A DNA stretch of 62,991 bases, counting the filler, from Chlamydiales bacterium (lineage in GTDB: Bacteria > Chlamydiota > Chlamydiia > Chlamydiales > JACRBE01), in the NCBI GenBank assembly GCA_016213235.1. It is 6 parts of 6 records of this genome, joined end to end, with 100 filler letters (N's around TTAATTAATTAA, not from the genome) between each part and the next. Parts side by side here need not be neighbours in the genome. Positions count along the whole stretch, not along the records: positions 1 to 31,748 come from JACRBE010000021.1; 5 more parts are not named here. One strand, written 5' to 3'. A model generated the notes under the pieces. It made no database searches. It saw only the letters and a program-made list of their open reading frames with translations, and was not told where the DNA came from. Position 1 is the first letter of the stretch; every line of letters begins with the position of its first letter. Below, in pieces: positions 19,546-29,542 of this stretch. Position numbers and translations under genes: made by a program.

Positions 19546-21081
19546 CTATCTATATTTTACGTCATTTGCAAATGGCATATTAAACCACATAGACAGCCCC
19601 GATGTTCTCTCAATTTTATTGTTAAGGCACTGATTTAACACTGCCGGTGTACTGATCAAATCGATTTGTGTTTTTGCTCTAGTGACTCCTGTATATAACA
19701 GTTGCTTACCAAATTTTTCACTTCCCGGTGGCAATACTAGCGCAATTTTATCATATTCACTGCCTTGGCTCTTGTGAATAGAAATAGCATACGCATATTC
19801 ATAAGCAGGTATTGCATGGATGGGAAAAGAAACCCATGTCCCATTTTTTTCTAGAAATATTTTTTCTTTAAAACAAAATCCAATCTCCCCATTAAATATT
19901 TCTAAATCATAATTGGTTTTAGTAATCATAATGGGAATGATCAAATCTTTGGTTATTTGATGTAAATACTCATAAATCATCTGATTAAGTGCAATACTTC
20001 CAAGCGGGCCTACTTTTAAGGCAGTCAAGCATCGAAATTGATTCATTTTTATTTTGGCATCATCAAATGATAGATTTGACATATTATAATACTTCCTACC
20101 AAGATCGGTAAAATAATGAAAATCTATTCTTTCAAGTGGAATAAATATTATGTCTGTTTTACCTTTTAATATTTCAGGAAATGCAATTTGCTCCGCATTA
20201 ATTTGCTCTGCAAATTTTATAATCTCTTTTCGATCAGAGCGATGACAAAAAGAAAGATGAGCATAAGGAATTTTACCGCTCTTTCTTGCATAAGTGCAAA
20301 TCTCAAAAAAAATGCTGCCCGCTTCTATAGAAGGGAGTTGATCCTCATCTCCCATAATTAATACACGCGTATGAGGTCTTATATTTTCTAATAGCTTAGA
20401 AAAAACAACTGCATCAATCATGGATGCTTCATCTATGATTAAAATATCTGCATTATTTAACGATTGTTTATCTTTAAGCAAAGAATGCAGTGTCTTTGCC
20501 TGGATTTGATGTGCCTTGTCAAGTCGTTTAATCTGCTCATATAACTGATTCGCTGCCTTTCCAGTAGGGGCTGCAATCACAATGGAATAACCAACCGGTA
20601 AAACAGATACCATTTTAGCAGCTGTAAAAGTCTTTCCCCTGCCAGGACCTCCTGATAAAATCATCATTTTGGATTTAAAAAATAAATGGATCGCTTGTTG
20701 CTGCTCACCACTCAGTATATCTGCCTGCATATCGATAACAAGAGGCTCAAGTTCTTGATTCATCATACAAGACATAGCATGAAAGATTTTGACCTCAAGC
20801 ATCCAGTTTCTTTGCAAATAAACAACACCCTTATATTCGCATAGTGGCAATAGAGGGGGGGTGTCGATTGCGGTCATTGGGTCAATCATTACATGATATA
20901 ATTTATTTACAATGGACGTCTCTTTTTCCTCTACACGATAACATAGATTTCCTTCTCTAGCGTGTTTAAATACCCTTTTTAGAAAAACATATGTTTCTTC
21001 ATCTACTTCTAGATCGTTTTTTTGACAGAGCACTCTTGCAAAATAATGATCAATCCATTCAAACTCAGTTATTTCATCCAT
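19546..21081 (-). CDS. recD: Exodeoxyribonuclease V alpha subunit
   Basis: GGPGRGKT, APTGKAA, IDEASM, GDEDQLPSI, AISIHKSQGSEY, LYTGVTRA. Confidence 0.93.
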   Translation of the reverse strand: MDEITEFEWIDHYFARVLCQKNDLEVDEETYVFLKRVFKHAREGNLCYRVEEKETSIVNKLYHVMIDPMTAIDTPPLLPLCEYKGVVYLQRNWMLEVKIFHAMSCMMNQELEPLVIDMQADILSGEQQQAIHLFFKSKMMILSGGPGRGKTFTAAKMVSVLPVGYSIVIAAPTGKAANQLYEQIKRLDKAHQIQAKTLHSLLKDKQSLNNADILIIDEASMIDAVVFSKLLENIRPHTRVLIMGDEDQLPSIEAGSIFFEICTYARKSGKIPYAHLSFCHRSDRKEIIKFAEQINAEQIAFPEILKGKTDIIFIPLERIDFHYFTDLGRKYYNMSNLSFDDAKIKMNQFRCLTALKVGPLGSIALNQMIYEYLHQITKDLIIPIMITKTNYDLEIFNGEIGFCFKEKIFLEKNGTWVSFPIHAIPAYEYAYAISIHKSQGSEYDKIALVLPPGSEKFGKQLLYTGVTRAKTQIDLISTPAVLNQCLNNKIERTSGLSMWFNMPFANDVKYR

Positions 21082-24000
21082 GCAAATACTTCATCCATTT
21101 GATGTTCACTTGGATAAAAAGAATAAAGACCTGACCCTTTTAAGAACATATAATGGACTCCTCCAAACACTTTCGTGAATTCGTCTCCCATGATGCCAAT
21201 ATATTTCTTTAATGCCTGTGTATAAATAGCGCCCTGTGAAAAATAAGCATGTCTATGCATTTCCTTATTCATCTCTTCTGTAGAATAAGAAGGCAATGAA
21301 TTTGTCTTCCAATCTACAATAAAATATTTGCCTTGATACTGAAAAAGTAAATCGATAAAGCCTTTCATCTTATTTTGCTTAGACACCGAATATAAGAATT
21401 CTACTTCTTGCAACATAAACGAAGGATCTACTTGTGATAAGCAAAATCCTTGCGGGAACTCTAAAAGCAACGCTTGTTCTATTAATTCCCCTACCCTCTC
21501 AGTCCAATCATTTAATATCGTTCCTTTCAGCGCCGTGTAAATAATTTTTTTTCTCTGATGCTCAAACTTTTCTAAGTTCCATCCATTTTGAATGATTTTT
21601 TCGAAAATAATATGAATTAAATTCCCAACCTCAGGACCATAGGGCATATCATGCTCCATTTCTTTATGCTCTACTTCTCTTTGGTTTGCTGCAACAAGCA
21701 CAGAAAAAGAAAATGTTTTTGTCTCTTTTTTTGATAAAAAAACTCGATTGGGAGCTACTAAAACAGGGACCTCTCTTTGCTGTGATAGAACATTTATTTC
21801 CTTGTCTCTTTCTAAAACAGTAAAGGAAAAATATTCACTCTGTTTTTCTAAAAATTGCTTTAATAGCATTTGATTGATCCTTGGCATATGCACATAAGCC
21901 TCCTCAACCGTTTGAACCCCAAGAAGAATAAAACAATAAAACAATTCTAACGCAGAGGCTTCACCTATTTTCAATCCCTCCATCTCTTCTTGAAAACAAA
22001 ATGGAATATATAGCACTGTTTTTGCCCTTGTTAACGCTACATATAATTGACGCAATTTTTCCTGATCGTTTGCTATTAACAACTGCGTTATTTCTAATTC
22101 GTGTTCATTAAGAAAAAAACATCGCTCTTGTTGTGAAGAATAAAAAAAGGAGGATTTATGATGATTTCTTGTCATAAGGCCATATGCAAATACAACAGAA
22201 AATTCAAGCCCTTTACTTGTAAAAGTAGTCATAATCGTAACGCAAGAGCCTTCTTTAGAAGGTTTTCTAAAAAATGTTTTGTCTTCTTCTACGCCTGTTC
22301 TTCTTAATTTAGAGAAGAACTCTACTACATCAAATAGCCCATAATAAAAAGATGAGGAAGATTCCATCAGGAGCTGAATTAACTGCATCATATCATGATA
22401 CAAATCAAGGTTATCAAAAGAAATTAAACTATCTTCTAAAGAAGGAGCTCCTGTTATGATTGATTGCTCTAATATTGTTTTGCAAACAACCCCTATACCT
22501 TCTTCATAAAATTGTTTCTTTACTAACTCAAAATATGCTACCGCTTCTTGCAAACGATAGTCTGATAAATTATTCTCTAAAATATCTCTATCAATAGCAA
22601 TAATCCCAATAGAAAGCAGTTGCTTTAACAAATTAATGTCTTGAGGGTTCATTAATAACAAAAACACCCTTTCCATCAACGTAAATACCGGACTTTCTGA
22701 CAAACTAACTTTTGCATTGGATACCACCGGAATATTAACATCTCTTAAAAATTTTTCGATCCTTCGTGCCTGAAACCGGTCCTTTACTAATATTACCTGT
22801 TCATCAAAAGGAACCCCTTCTCTTTGAAGACGAATTATTTCATTTGCCATATAAGAAAAATAATACTCTTCTTCTATCTCACGAGGCGGAAAATGCCCTT
22901 TTTTTGTTTTAGAAAAGCTTCCTCCAAAAAAACATATCGGCTTTTTCTCTTTTTCTTCTTTTTTAAAGAAAGAATTCACAGGATAATATTCTAACCACTT
23001 AGGGGCATGTTCAAATAATAGATTTAGTCCATCTACTAACGTGGCTGTGGAACGAAAATTCACGCCAAGCGCAAATTGCTTTTCCTTGGGGAAATTGTTT
23101 TTAGCAATAAAATACGTCTGCAAATCCGCATTTCTAAATGCATAAATAGATTGTTTTGGATCTCCTACAAAACAACATACAGGTAGAGATGAATCTGACA
23201 AAAAAAGATGAGAAAAAATTTGCCACTGTTTAGGGTCAGTATCTTGAAATTCATCAATAATGACAGCCTGATATTTTTTACGCAGTAATCGACAAAAATT
23301 TTCTTGTTGAATACTTATTAGCATTTGATCTAGTAGTCTATCCGTTAAAATAATATCTTTTTCTAACAATTTCCTCTCCAATGATGCCCTGCAGATAACC
23401 CCAAGCGTTAATTGAATCCTAAGAGGGTCCCTCATCTCATATATCAGCTTGTTCCATCTAATAAGACATTGTTCCATCTCTTCCATTTGATTTAAAATAG
23501 GTAAGGGTGGCTTGAGATTTTTCTTCCGATTTTCTATAGAGAACAAAGAAAAAATATCAGGATCAAAGGTCATTAATCGACTCATCTGCTCTTTTGTTAT
23601 CTCCCCCAATTCCATTAAAGAGCTTATATAATCTAGCTGTTGCTTAAATTCTTCTTTCAACTGCTTGTCACGAGAAGTTGACTCCTTATAAAAAAAGGCT
23701 AGTTTTTGTGCTTTCTGCAAAGAAAAGCACTCTTTGATGCGCAAAAACTCTAGATTACACTCTTTCAAGTAGGTAATAAAGGAAGTGGTCTCGCCAATAT
23801 TTTTATACCCATCAAGCATTGGCAATAGGCCAGAAACCAATTTAGTTAAGTCTTTCTTATAAAAACGCATGATAATTTCTAATTGCGCAGCTGCAACAAT
23901 ATCTTCATCTAGCGAAGTTCTTAACGTATGCATGATATGTTCAATATAGACACTTTTTGGACTTCCTTCATCTGGGTCCATCAAATTAAAATGTACATTC

Positions 24001-24401
24001 GCATCAAACGCAAACTCCTTAAGCATACGATAACAAAATCCATGTATCGTAAAAATTTGTGCAGAATGCTGCGCTTGCAATGCTTTTTTTAAACTGATCA
24101 ATGCATTAAATCGCACTTCTTCTTCTTGCTCTATCAATGCATTCACATAATCAAAAATCGCCTTTTTTTTCTCAATCTGATCTATTATTTTATAGATGTT
24201 TTTAATAACACGTTGTCTTAAATCTCTTGTGGCAGCTTTAGTAAATGTCACAATTAAAATGTCTTCTAAATTAAAGCCCTCTAAAATCAGTCTGCAAACA
24301 AGGTGCTCTATTGCAAACGTCTTGCCGGTTCCCGCTGAAGCCTCAAGGAAAAAGTGGTCTTTTACTTCCAAATGTCTTGATAAAACATCAAACTGTCTCA
24401 T
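21069..24401 (-). CDS. recB: Exodeoxyribonuclease V beta subunit
   Basis: EASAGTGKT, IDEFQDTD, VGDPKQSIYAFR, SKGLEF, YVALTRA, nuclease motif GFIDL...IVDWKTN. Confidence 0.95.
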   Translation of the reverse strand: MRQFDVLSRHLEVKDHFFLEASAGTGKTFAIEHLVCRLILEGFNLEDILIVTFTKAATRDLRQRVIKNIYKIIDQIEKKKAIFDYVNALIEQEEEVRFNALISLKKALQAQHSAQIFTIHGFCYRMLKEFAFDANVHFNLMDPDEGSPKSVYIEHIMHTLRTSLDEDIVAAAQLEIIMRFYKKDLTKLVSGLLPMLDGYKNIGETTSFITYLKECNLEFLRIKECFSLQKAQKLAFFYKESTSRDKQLKEEFKQQLDYISSLMELGEITKEQMSRLMTFDPDIFSLFSIENRKKNLKPPLPILNQMEEMEQCLIRWNKLIYEMRDPLRIQLTLGVICRASLERKLLEKDIILTDRLLDQMLISIQQENFCRLLRKKYQAVIIDEFQDTDPKQWQIFSHLFLSDSSLPVCCFVGDPKQSIYAFRNADLQTYFIAKNNFPKEKQFALGVNFRSTATLVDGLNLLFEHAPKWLEYYPVNSFFKKEEKEKKPICFFGGSFSKTKKGHFPPREIEEEYYFSYMANEIIRLQREGVPFDEQVILVKDRFQARRIEKFLRDVNIPVVSNAKVSLSESPVFTLMERVFLLLMNPQDINLLKQLLSIGIIAIDRDILENNLSDYRLQEAVAYFELVKKQFYEEGIGVVCKTILEQSIITGAPSLEDSLISFDNLDLYHDMMQLIQLLMESSSSFYYGLFDVVEFFSKLRRTGVEEDKTFFRKPSKEGSCVTIMTTFTSKGLEFSVVFAYGLMTRNHHKSSFFYSSQQERCFFLNEHELEITQLLIANDQEKLRQLYVALTRAKTVLYIPFCFQEEMEGLKIGEASALELFYCFILLGVQTVEEAYVHMPRINQMLLKQFLEKQSEYFSFTVLERDKEINVLSQQREVPVLVAPNRVFLSKKETKTFSFSVLVAANQREVEHKEMEHDMPYGPEVGNLIHIIFEKIIQNGWNLEKFEHQRKKIIYTALKGTILNDWTERVGELIEQALLLEFPQGFCLSQVDPSFMLQEVEFLYSVSKQNKMKGFIDLLFQYQGKYFIVDWKTNSLPSYSTEEMNKEMHRHAYFSQGAIYTQALKKYIGIMGDEFTKVFGGVHYMFLKGSGLYSFYPSEHQMDEVFAWMK

Positions 24402-27400
24402 ACCAACTCTTTAATCCCTTTAAATCATTTCTTATATGCTCTACTTGCTGAGCATACTCACCACTAGAAAATAGTTGCTCCGGGCGCTTAAACATCCAAT
24501 GCAAATATTGATCTATAAACATACCATTTGTATCAAAACTACTTATTATTTTCTGATCGATAGACTCCTTGTCTTTATGTAATAGATAAGATCCCCATGA
24601 AGGTAAAAATAAGGATGGTTTTGCCTCAAACTGTAAAAAATAAATAATATATTCTTTTAAAAGGTGCATTGCATCCATTTTCTCTATAGAAAGAGTGGTT
24701 AAATCTTTTAGAAAGGCAATCGACGACCCCTCTTTTATACAAAGCTTATAAATGAGCAATTCGGGCCAGCTTTTAATGAGCTCTTCAAATGTGTTATTTC
24801 TATATACATATAAAGACTTATATCCCACATCCTCTATCTTTCCAGTTATCACTACTCTCTGCAAATCCGTTATCATACACTCGATCGGAGGAAACAGGCA
24901 TCGATCCTCACTCTCCCAATATGGCTCTTTTACGTTTTCTTCCAAACAAATAGAAAATGTTTTTTCTGTTTTAAATTCTTTGATACTTTCTAAAGCAGGA
25001 TTGACCTCTCTTTCTATTTCATGCAATGCAACTTGTTCAAAAATACCACTTGGAAAATCACCAGAAAGCTTAAATTTTTCAATAACAGAAGACAAACCTT
25101 CTTTTAACCCCGCTTTGATCAGATAGTGCTTAAATGCATAAGAAAGAAAAAACTCTCCTGCATCAAGCAACGACTCTTCCTCCCTTAGATAGATACCAAG
25201 CGTTTGATTCATATAGTATCGGAGTGGATGCGCTGCAAATCGTTTTAGCTGCAATAAATGGATCGTTTTTGTTTCTATGGAAGCAGAGGCTGCTTTATCA
25301 TGAGAAATAGCACTAACATATTTTTGTGATGTCTTTTTATTATAATATTTTTGCGCCAGTCGATACGCACTATCTGAATAACTTTTTAAAAAACCCTCTT
25401 CATGAAAATAATCTTTGGAAAACCGAAAACTACTGTGGTTGTATTTTTTTATCGGATAGTTACAAAGCAATGATACCATAGAGGAGGGCTCTAGCGCAGA
25501 ATTAGGGTCTTCTGTGGCACTTGAATAACTCATGATAAAATACTCTCTTGTATTCATCAGCAACTGCAAAAATAACAATCTGTCCATTTGTAGCTTTGAT
25601 GGAATCAACCTTGCTTCATGATTAAGCAAGTTTAGTGAATTTTTTTCTTCCCTTCTTGGAAAACTGTCTTCATCAAATCCTATAAAAAAAACAACGTTTG
25701 TTTCTTTTATATTCCCTATTTTCAATGTTTCAAATGATATACGCTCTCTATCATCCAATGAGCGCTTGTTGCCTTTTAATTTTTTGATTAGTCCAACGAA
25801 ACGTTCTCTAAATGATTCATAGGTATATAACTCGCCATCAACAAGCGAATCCCATTGCTTTATTTTTTGCAGCTGATCACATATCTCTTCAAAATCTACT
25901 TCCAGTTTTTCTAATGACGCTACATCAAAATAACGATGTAATATCTGATAAAAGAAATCGCTCCAATCCGATAATGTTTTTTTCTCTAACAACAAATCTT
26001 TAAAATCATGATATAGAAGCTCTAGCGTATGAAAAAACCTGCCTATTACTGCCGCCATATCAAAAGAACAAAATAATCCAATGCCATATGGATCTATTAA
26101 CTGATAATTATCTTCTAATATAGCCAGCGACAAGACCCACTGCTTTAAAACATAGTCCCACGTTCCCCTGTTATCTCTACCAGCTCCCATGCTTTTTTTA
26201 TGTTCCCCATCAAACCCCCAACGAATGTTTGCCTTATTTGCTTTTTGCTCTATTGCTGCAAACTCTTCTTCTGTAATTCCCATTTTTAGTAAAGCGGCTT
26301 TACATCTAAAAATCTCAAAAACATCCTCTTTTGAAAAAAGCGATGTTGGCAATGACAACATTTGAAGAAAGGAATGAACAAGACTGCTTTCCTCTGCTTT
26401 GGCCAGATCCCCTATACTATATCCAAATACACCCTCGCTTCCAAAAACGTATAGGATATAAGGTGCATATTCCTTTATATCAGGGGCATATACTGCAATA
26501 TCGCGCCCTTTATATTGATGAGAAAAAACTAAATGATCAATGCAAGATTTTATCCCTTCTATTTCTCTTAGCTTATTTGGCATCATATGCAATTGTACGC
26601 TTTCATCTTCTCGTAATTCTGCCGTTATTGACATTTCAATAATGTCTTTTTTTATGGTAGACAAAACAGATGCACCAAAATCTTCCTGATAATATTCTGT
26701 TGTGGATAAGCTTTGATCTTGAATATATAAATAAAATGGTTTTGCAGCTTGTATGCATTCATTAATAATAGGATTCTCTACTTTTAGATAGTCTGCTAAT
26801 ATTCTTCTCTCCTCATACCCGATTCCTTCCTCTTTCACCTGGTGTTGATAAAACAAATTTTTTCTTTCGGATAGTAAATCTCCCCAAAATAAAGGCGTAG
26901 GAGAAAAAACATAGAAAAAAATATCCCATGTGTTTGCTGCTTGCAATAAAAAATCTAAATAAATCTGAGGCAAATGAACAAAACCAAAGAAATGTATCTC
27001 TAGCTTAACTTCGCTAAAAAATTTATCCTTAAGTGCATGAATAACCCGGTGAGGATGATCGAATATTTCATAAATCCTTTTCTCTATCTTTTTTTGAAAG
27101 TGGCCTTCTGGCAGCAGCGCCTCATCTCCATAAATGGCATATTCCATAAAAATATCGGATAAAACCTCTGCTAGTTCGATTTCTCGATGCGTCTTATTTT
27201 TAAGATATTGAGCTATGACTTCTTCTTCTATTCCTAATTCTTTTAAAATTTTTTGTATTAAAAAACTCAAGCCCTCTTTTCTTGGAAAAAAGTACTCTTG
27301 TTTTCTATCTTGGGCTAACGCAAGTAAGTGATCGATTGCTAAATTAAGATTAATAAATCTAGGGCCCATCGCTATATTCATCTCTTCATCTTCAGACCAG

Positions 27401-27549
27401 ATTCGAACAATTTCCTCTTTGATATTGTCTGAAGGTAAAATCACAAGCTTGCGGTGAAATTTTGTTTCTGCGTAATATATGTTGTTTTTTAACTGTTGTA
27501 TGAGCGAATGAATCGAATTGCTAAAGATTACTTGAGGGATGTTATTCAA
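24388..27549 (-). CDS. recC: Exodeoxyribonuclease V gamma subunit
   Basis: 1053 aa with TTG start, FWGD, IAVYAPDI..YAPYI..VF, NIRWG, FPR, translationally coupled to recB. Confidence 0.92.
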   Translation of the reverse strand: MNNIPQVIFSNSIHSLIQQLKNNIYYAETKFHRKLVILPSDNIKEEIVRIWSEDEEMNIAMGPRFINLNLAIDHLLALAQDRKQEYFFPRKEGLSFLIQKILKELGIEEEVIAQYLKNKTHREIELAEVLSDIFMEYAIYGDEALLPEGHFQKKIEKRIYEIFDHPHRVIHALKDKFFSEVKLEIHFFGFVHLPQIYLDFLLQAANTWDIFFYVFSPTPLFWGDLLSERKNLFYQHQVKEEGIGYEERRILADYLKVENPIINECIQAAKPFYLYIQDQSLSTTEYYQEDFGASVLSTIKKDIIEMSITAELREDESVQLHMMPNKLREIEGIKSCIDHLVFSHQYKGRDIAVYAPDIKEYAPYILYVFGSEGVFGYSIGDLAKAEESSLVHSFLQMLSLPTSLFSKEDVFEIFRCKAALLKMGITEEEFAAIEQKANKANIRWGFDGEHKKSMGAGRDNRGTWDYVLKQWVLSLAILEDNYQLIDPYGIGLFCSFDMAAVIGRFFHTLELLYHDFKDLLLEKKTLSDWSDFFYQILHRYFDVASLEKLEVDFEEICDQLQKIKQWDSLVDGELYTYESFRERFVGLIKKLKGNKRSLDDRERISFETLKIGNIKETNVVFFIGFDEDSFPRREEKNSLNLLNHEARLIPSKLQMDRLLFLQLLMNTREYFIMSYSSATEDPNSALEPSSMVSLLCNYPIKKYNHSSFRFSKDYFHEEGFLKSYSDSAYRLAQKYYNKKTSQKYVSAISHDKAASASIETKTIHLLQLKRFAAHPLRYYMNQTLGIYLREEESLLDAGEFFLSYAFKHYLIKAGLKEGLSSVIEKFKLSGDFPSGIFEQVALHEIEREVNPALESIKEFKTEKTFSICLEENVKEPYWESEDRCLFPPIECMITDLQRVVITGKIEDVGYKSLYVYRNNTFEELIKSWPELLIYKLCIKEGSSIAFLKDLTTLSIEKMDAMHLLKEYIIYFLQFEAKPSLFLPSWGSYLLHKDKESIDQKIISSFDTNGMFIDQYLHWMFKRPEQLFSSGEYAQQVEHIRNDLKGLKSWYETV

Positions 27550-27691
27550 TTAAAACCTCGGTAGTTAAGGAAGTCGTTTACCAATCACATCGTCGTATGA
27601 TATTATATACCAAAATCGGAAGTGATACATGATTTTTTTTAAAAAACAGAAAAAAAACAAAAATAATCTTTCTGAATTAAAAGGACCAGCA

Positions 27692-29449
27692 ATGTCCTAT
27701 AAAGAGCGACATGCGCTTTTGTTTTTAAATATCACCCAATTTTTGGGGGCATTAAATGACAACGTTTTCAAATTTTTAGCAGTTTTCCTGTTAATTGATT
27801 TAAAAGGTGTTGCAAACTCTGGTGAAATCCTTTTTTGGATAGGTATCGTTTATGTGTTGCCTTTCTTACTATTTTCTTCTTCTGGAGGAATTTTTGCAGA
27901 TCGCTTTAGCAAGCAGAAAATTATCATTTTCATGAAGGGGTTTGAGATATTAGTAATGATAGGAGCCCTAGTAGCTTTCTATTTTCAAAGCCCTCTCGGG
28001 GTTTATGTCGCCTTGTTTTTCCTCTCTACTCATAGCGCATTTTTTGGACCACCAAAATATAGTATCATACCAGAAATTGTAGAAACAGAGTCCATTACAA
28101 AAGCAAATGGTATCATCACCTCGTCTACCTATTTAGCAATCATTTTAGGGTCGTTTTTAGCATCTTTTGTCACCCAAATAACAAATAAAAATTTCCTTCT
28201 AACCGCTATTTTTTGTCTTTTTATTGCAGTTACTGGTTTTATTTCCTCTCTTTTCATACCGCCCACAGATGCACAAAGACAAAAACAAAAAATTACACCA
28301 TTTTTTATTCGAGATATTTATAAAACACTCCAATTTTGCAAAAACTATAAATTCTTCCTTTTAGCAATGTCCGGATCCTTGTTTTTTTTATTTATAGGAG
28401 CCTTTTTACAATTAAATATCGTCCCTTTTGCTATTGAATCCTTAGGCCTTAGCGAAATCGGCGGAGGATACTTATTTTTAAGTAGCTCCATTGGTATTGC
28501 GCTCGGAGCCGTTGTTGCCGGAAGAACCTCACAAAAATCTGGGAATCTAGGACTTTCTTGTTTAGCAATCGGCATTACTGCTACCTTTTTCTTTTTAATT
28601 CCGGTGTGCACCTTTTCCATTATTGCTACTTTGATTTGCCTTGCTCTTTTAGGATTCGGAGGCGGTATGTTTATTGTCCCTATAGACTCTTTTATTCAAA
28701 CATATAGCCCAGATGAGAAAAGAGGCAAAATCGTTGCCACTTCTAATTTTTTAAGCTTTTGTGGCGTATTATTAGCCCCTATTTGTATCTATTTGTTTAG
28801 CAGCATACTTCATCTATCTGCAGCAACGGGTTTTTTCATCATGGGAATCATTACCCTAGCTTATTTTTGTGTAATCGCAAGAAAATTGTCGGGCATTTTT
28901 CTCAATTATGCATCGAGAAAATTGTTACATCCTTTTTTTCACATCGATATTGCTCCCGCTGATTTTGATATAAAAAGCATAACCTCTTTAGTAGTTCCCA
29001 CTGCTCATACAAGTTATGCAGCTCTCATCATGGGTATCAGAACAAAATTTCATCTGCATATAGCAAAACCAAAAGCTCAATTTTTTGATCGCTTTTGGAA
29101 TTTGTTTAAAAACATTCACTTCATTTATTTTGAAAAAACACCCGCCTTTGTTCTGGAGTCTTTTCAACGCACCATCAAATTAAATAAGGATCCAACTATT
29201 ATTCCTTGCCTTATTGTTAGTCCTTCTAATCATCCTGGCAATATCTACAAAGAAAAGGATTTCTTAAGTTTAAAAACCGCATTACAATCTTCGTGTCAAT
29301 TTATGCTTATTAAAGAAAGCCACCGCTCTCGTAAAAAATGGGCTTTTTTATGGCAACCTGTTCAAATTACTTTTGATTTTAATATGAAAAATAGATCTGT
29401 TGCATATGAGCAAAAACATTTGCTAAAAAACATCTTCTCTAAAAACTAA
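27692..29449 (+). CDS. MFS transporter (LplT/Aas-like) with degenerate C-terminal soluble domain
   Basis: TQFLGALNDNVFK, GIFADRFSK, FFGPPKYSIIPE. ATG 27692 follows AAGGA. Confidence 0.85.
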   Translation: MSYKERHALLFLNITQFLGALNDNVFKFLAVFLLIDLKGVANSGEILFWIGIVYVLPFLLFSSSGGIFADRFSKQKIIIFMKGFEILVMIGALVAFYFQSPLGVYVALFFLSTHSAFFGPPKYSIIPEIVETESITKANGIITSSTYLAIILGSFLASFVTQITNKNFLLTAIFCLFIAVTGFISSLFIPPTDAQRQKQKITPFFIRDIYKTLQFCKNYKFFLLAMSGSLFFLFIGAFLQLNIVPFAIESLGLSEIGGGYLFLSSSIGIALGAVVAGRTSQKSGNLGLSCLAIGITATFFFLIPVCTFSIIATLICLALLGFGGGMFIVPIDSFIQTYSPDEKRGKIVATSNFLSFCGVLLAPICIYLFSSILHLSAATGFFIMGIITLAYFCVIARKLSGIFLNYASRKLLHPFFHIDIAPADFDIKSITSLVVPTAHTSYAALIMGIRTKFHLHIAKPKAQFFDRFWNLFKNIHFIYFEKTPAFVLESFQRTIKLNKDPTIIPCLIVSPSNHPGNIYKEKDFLSLKTALQSSCQFMLIKESHRSRKKWAFLWQPVQITFDFNMKNRSVAYEQKHLLKNIFSKN

Positions 29450-29542
29450 TGGTTAGGATCCTTAGTTTATTGAATAGTTTTTTCTTTGTTTTTCAAAAAA
29501 AAATCTGTATAAATCAATCTAATTAGATTATTACAGTAGCAC

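Noticed and set aside
19546..27549. Helicase-nuclease cluster as a possible defence system
   Set aside because: Ordinary recC-recB-recD with canonical motifs.
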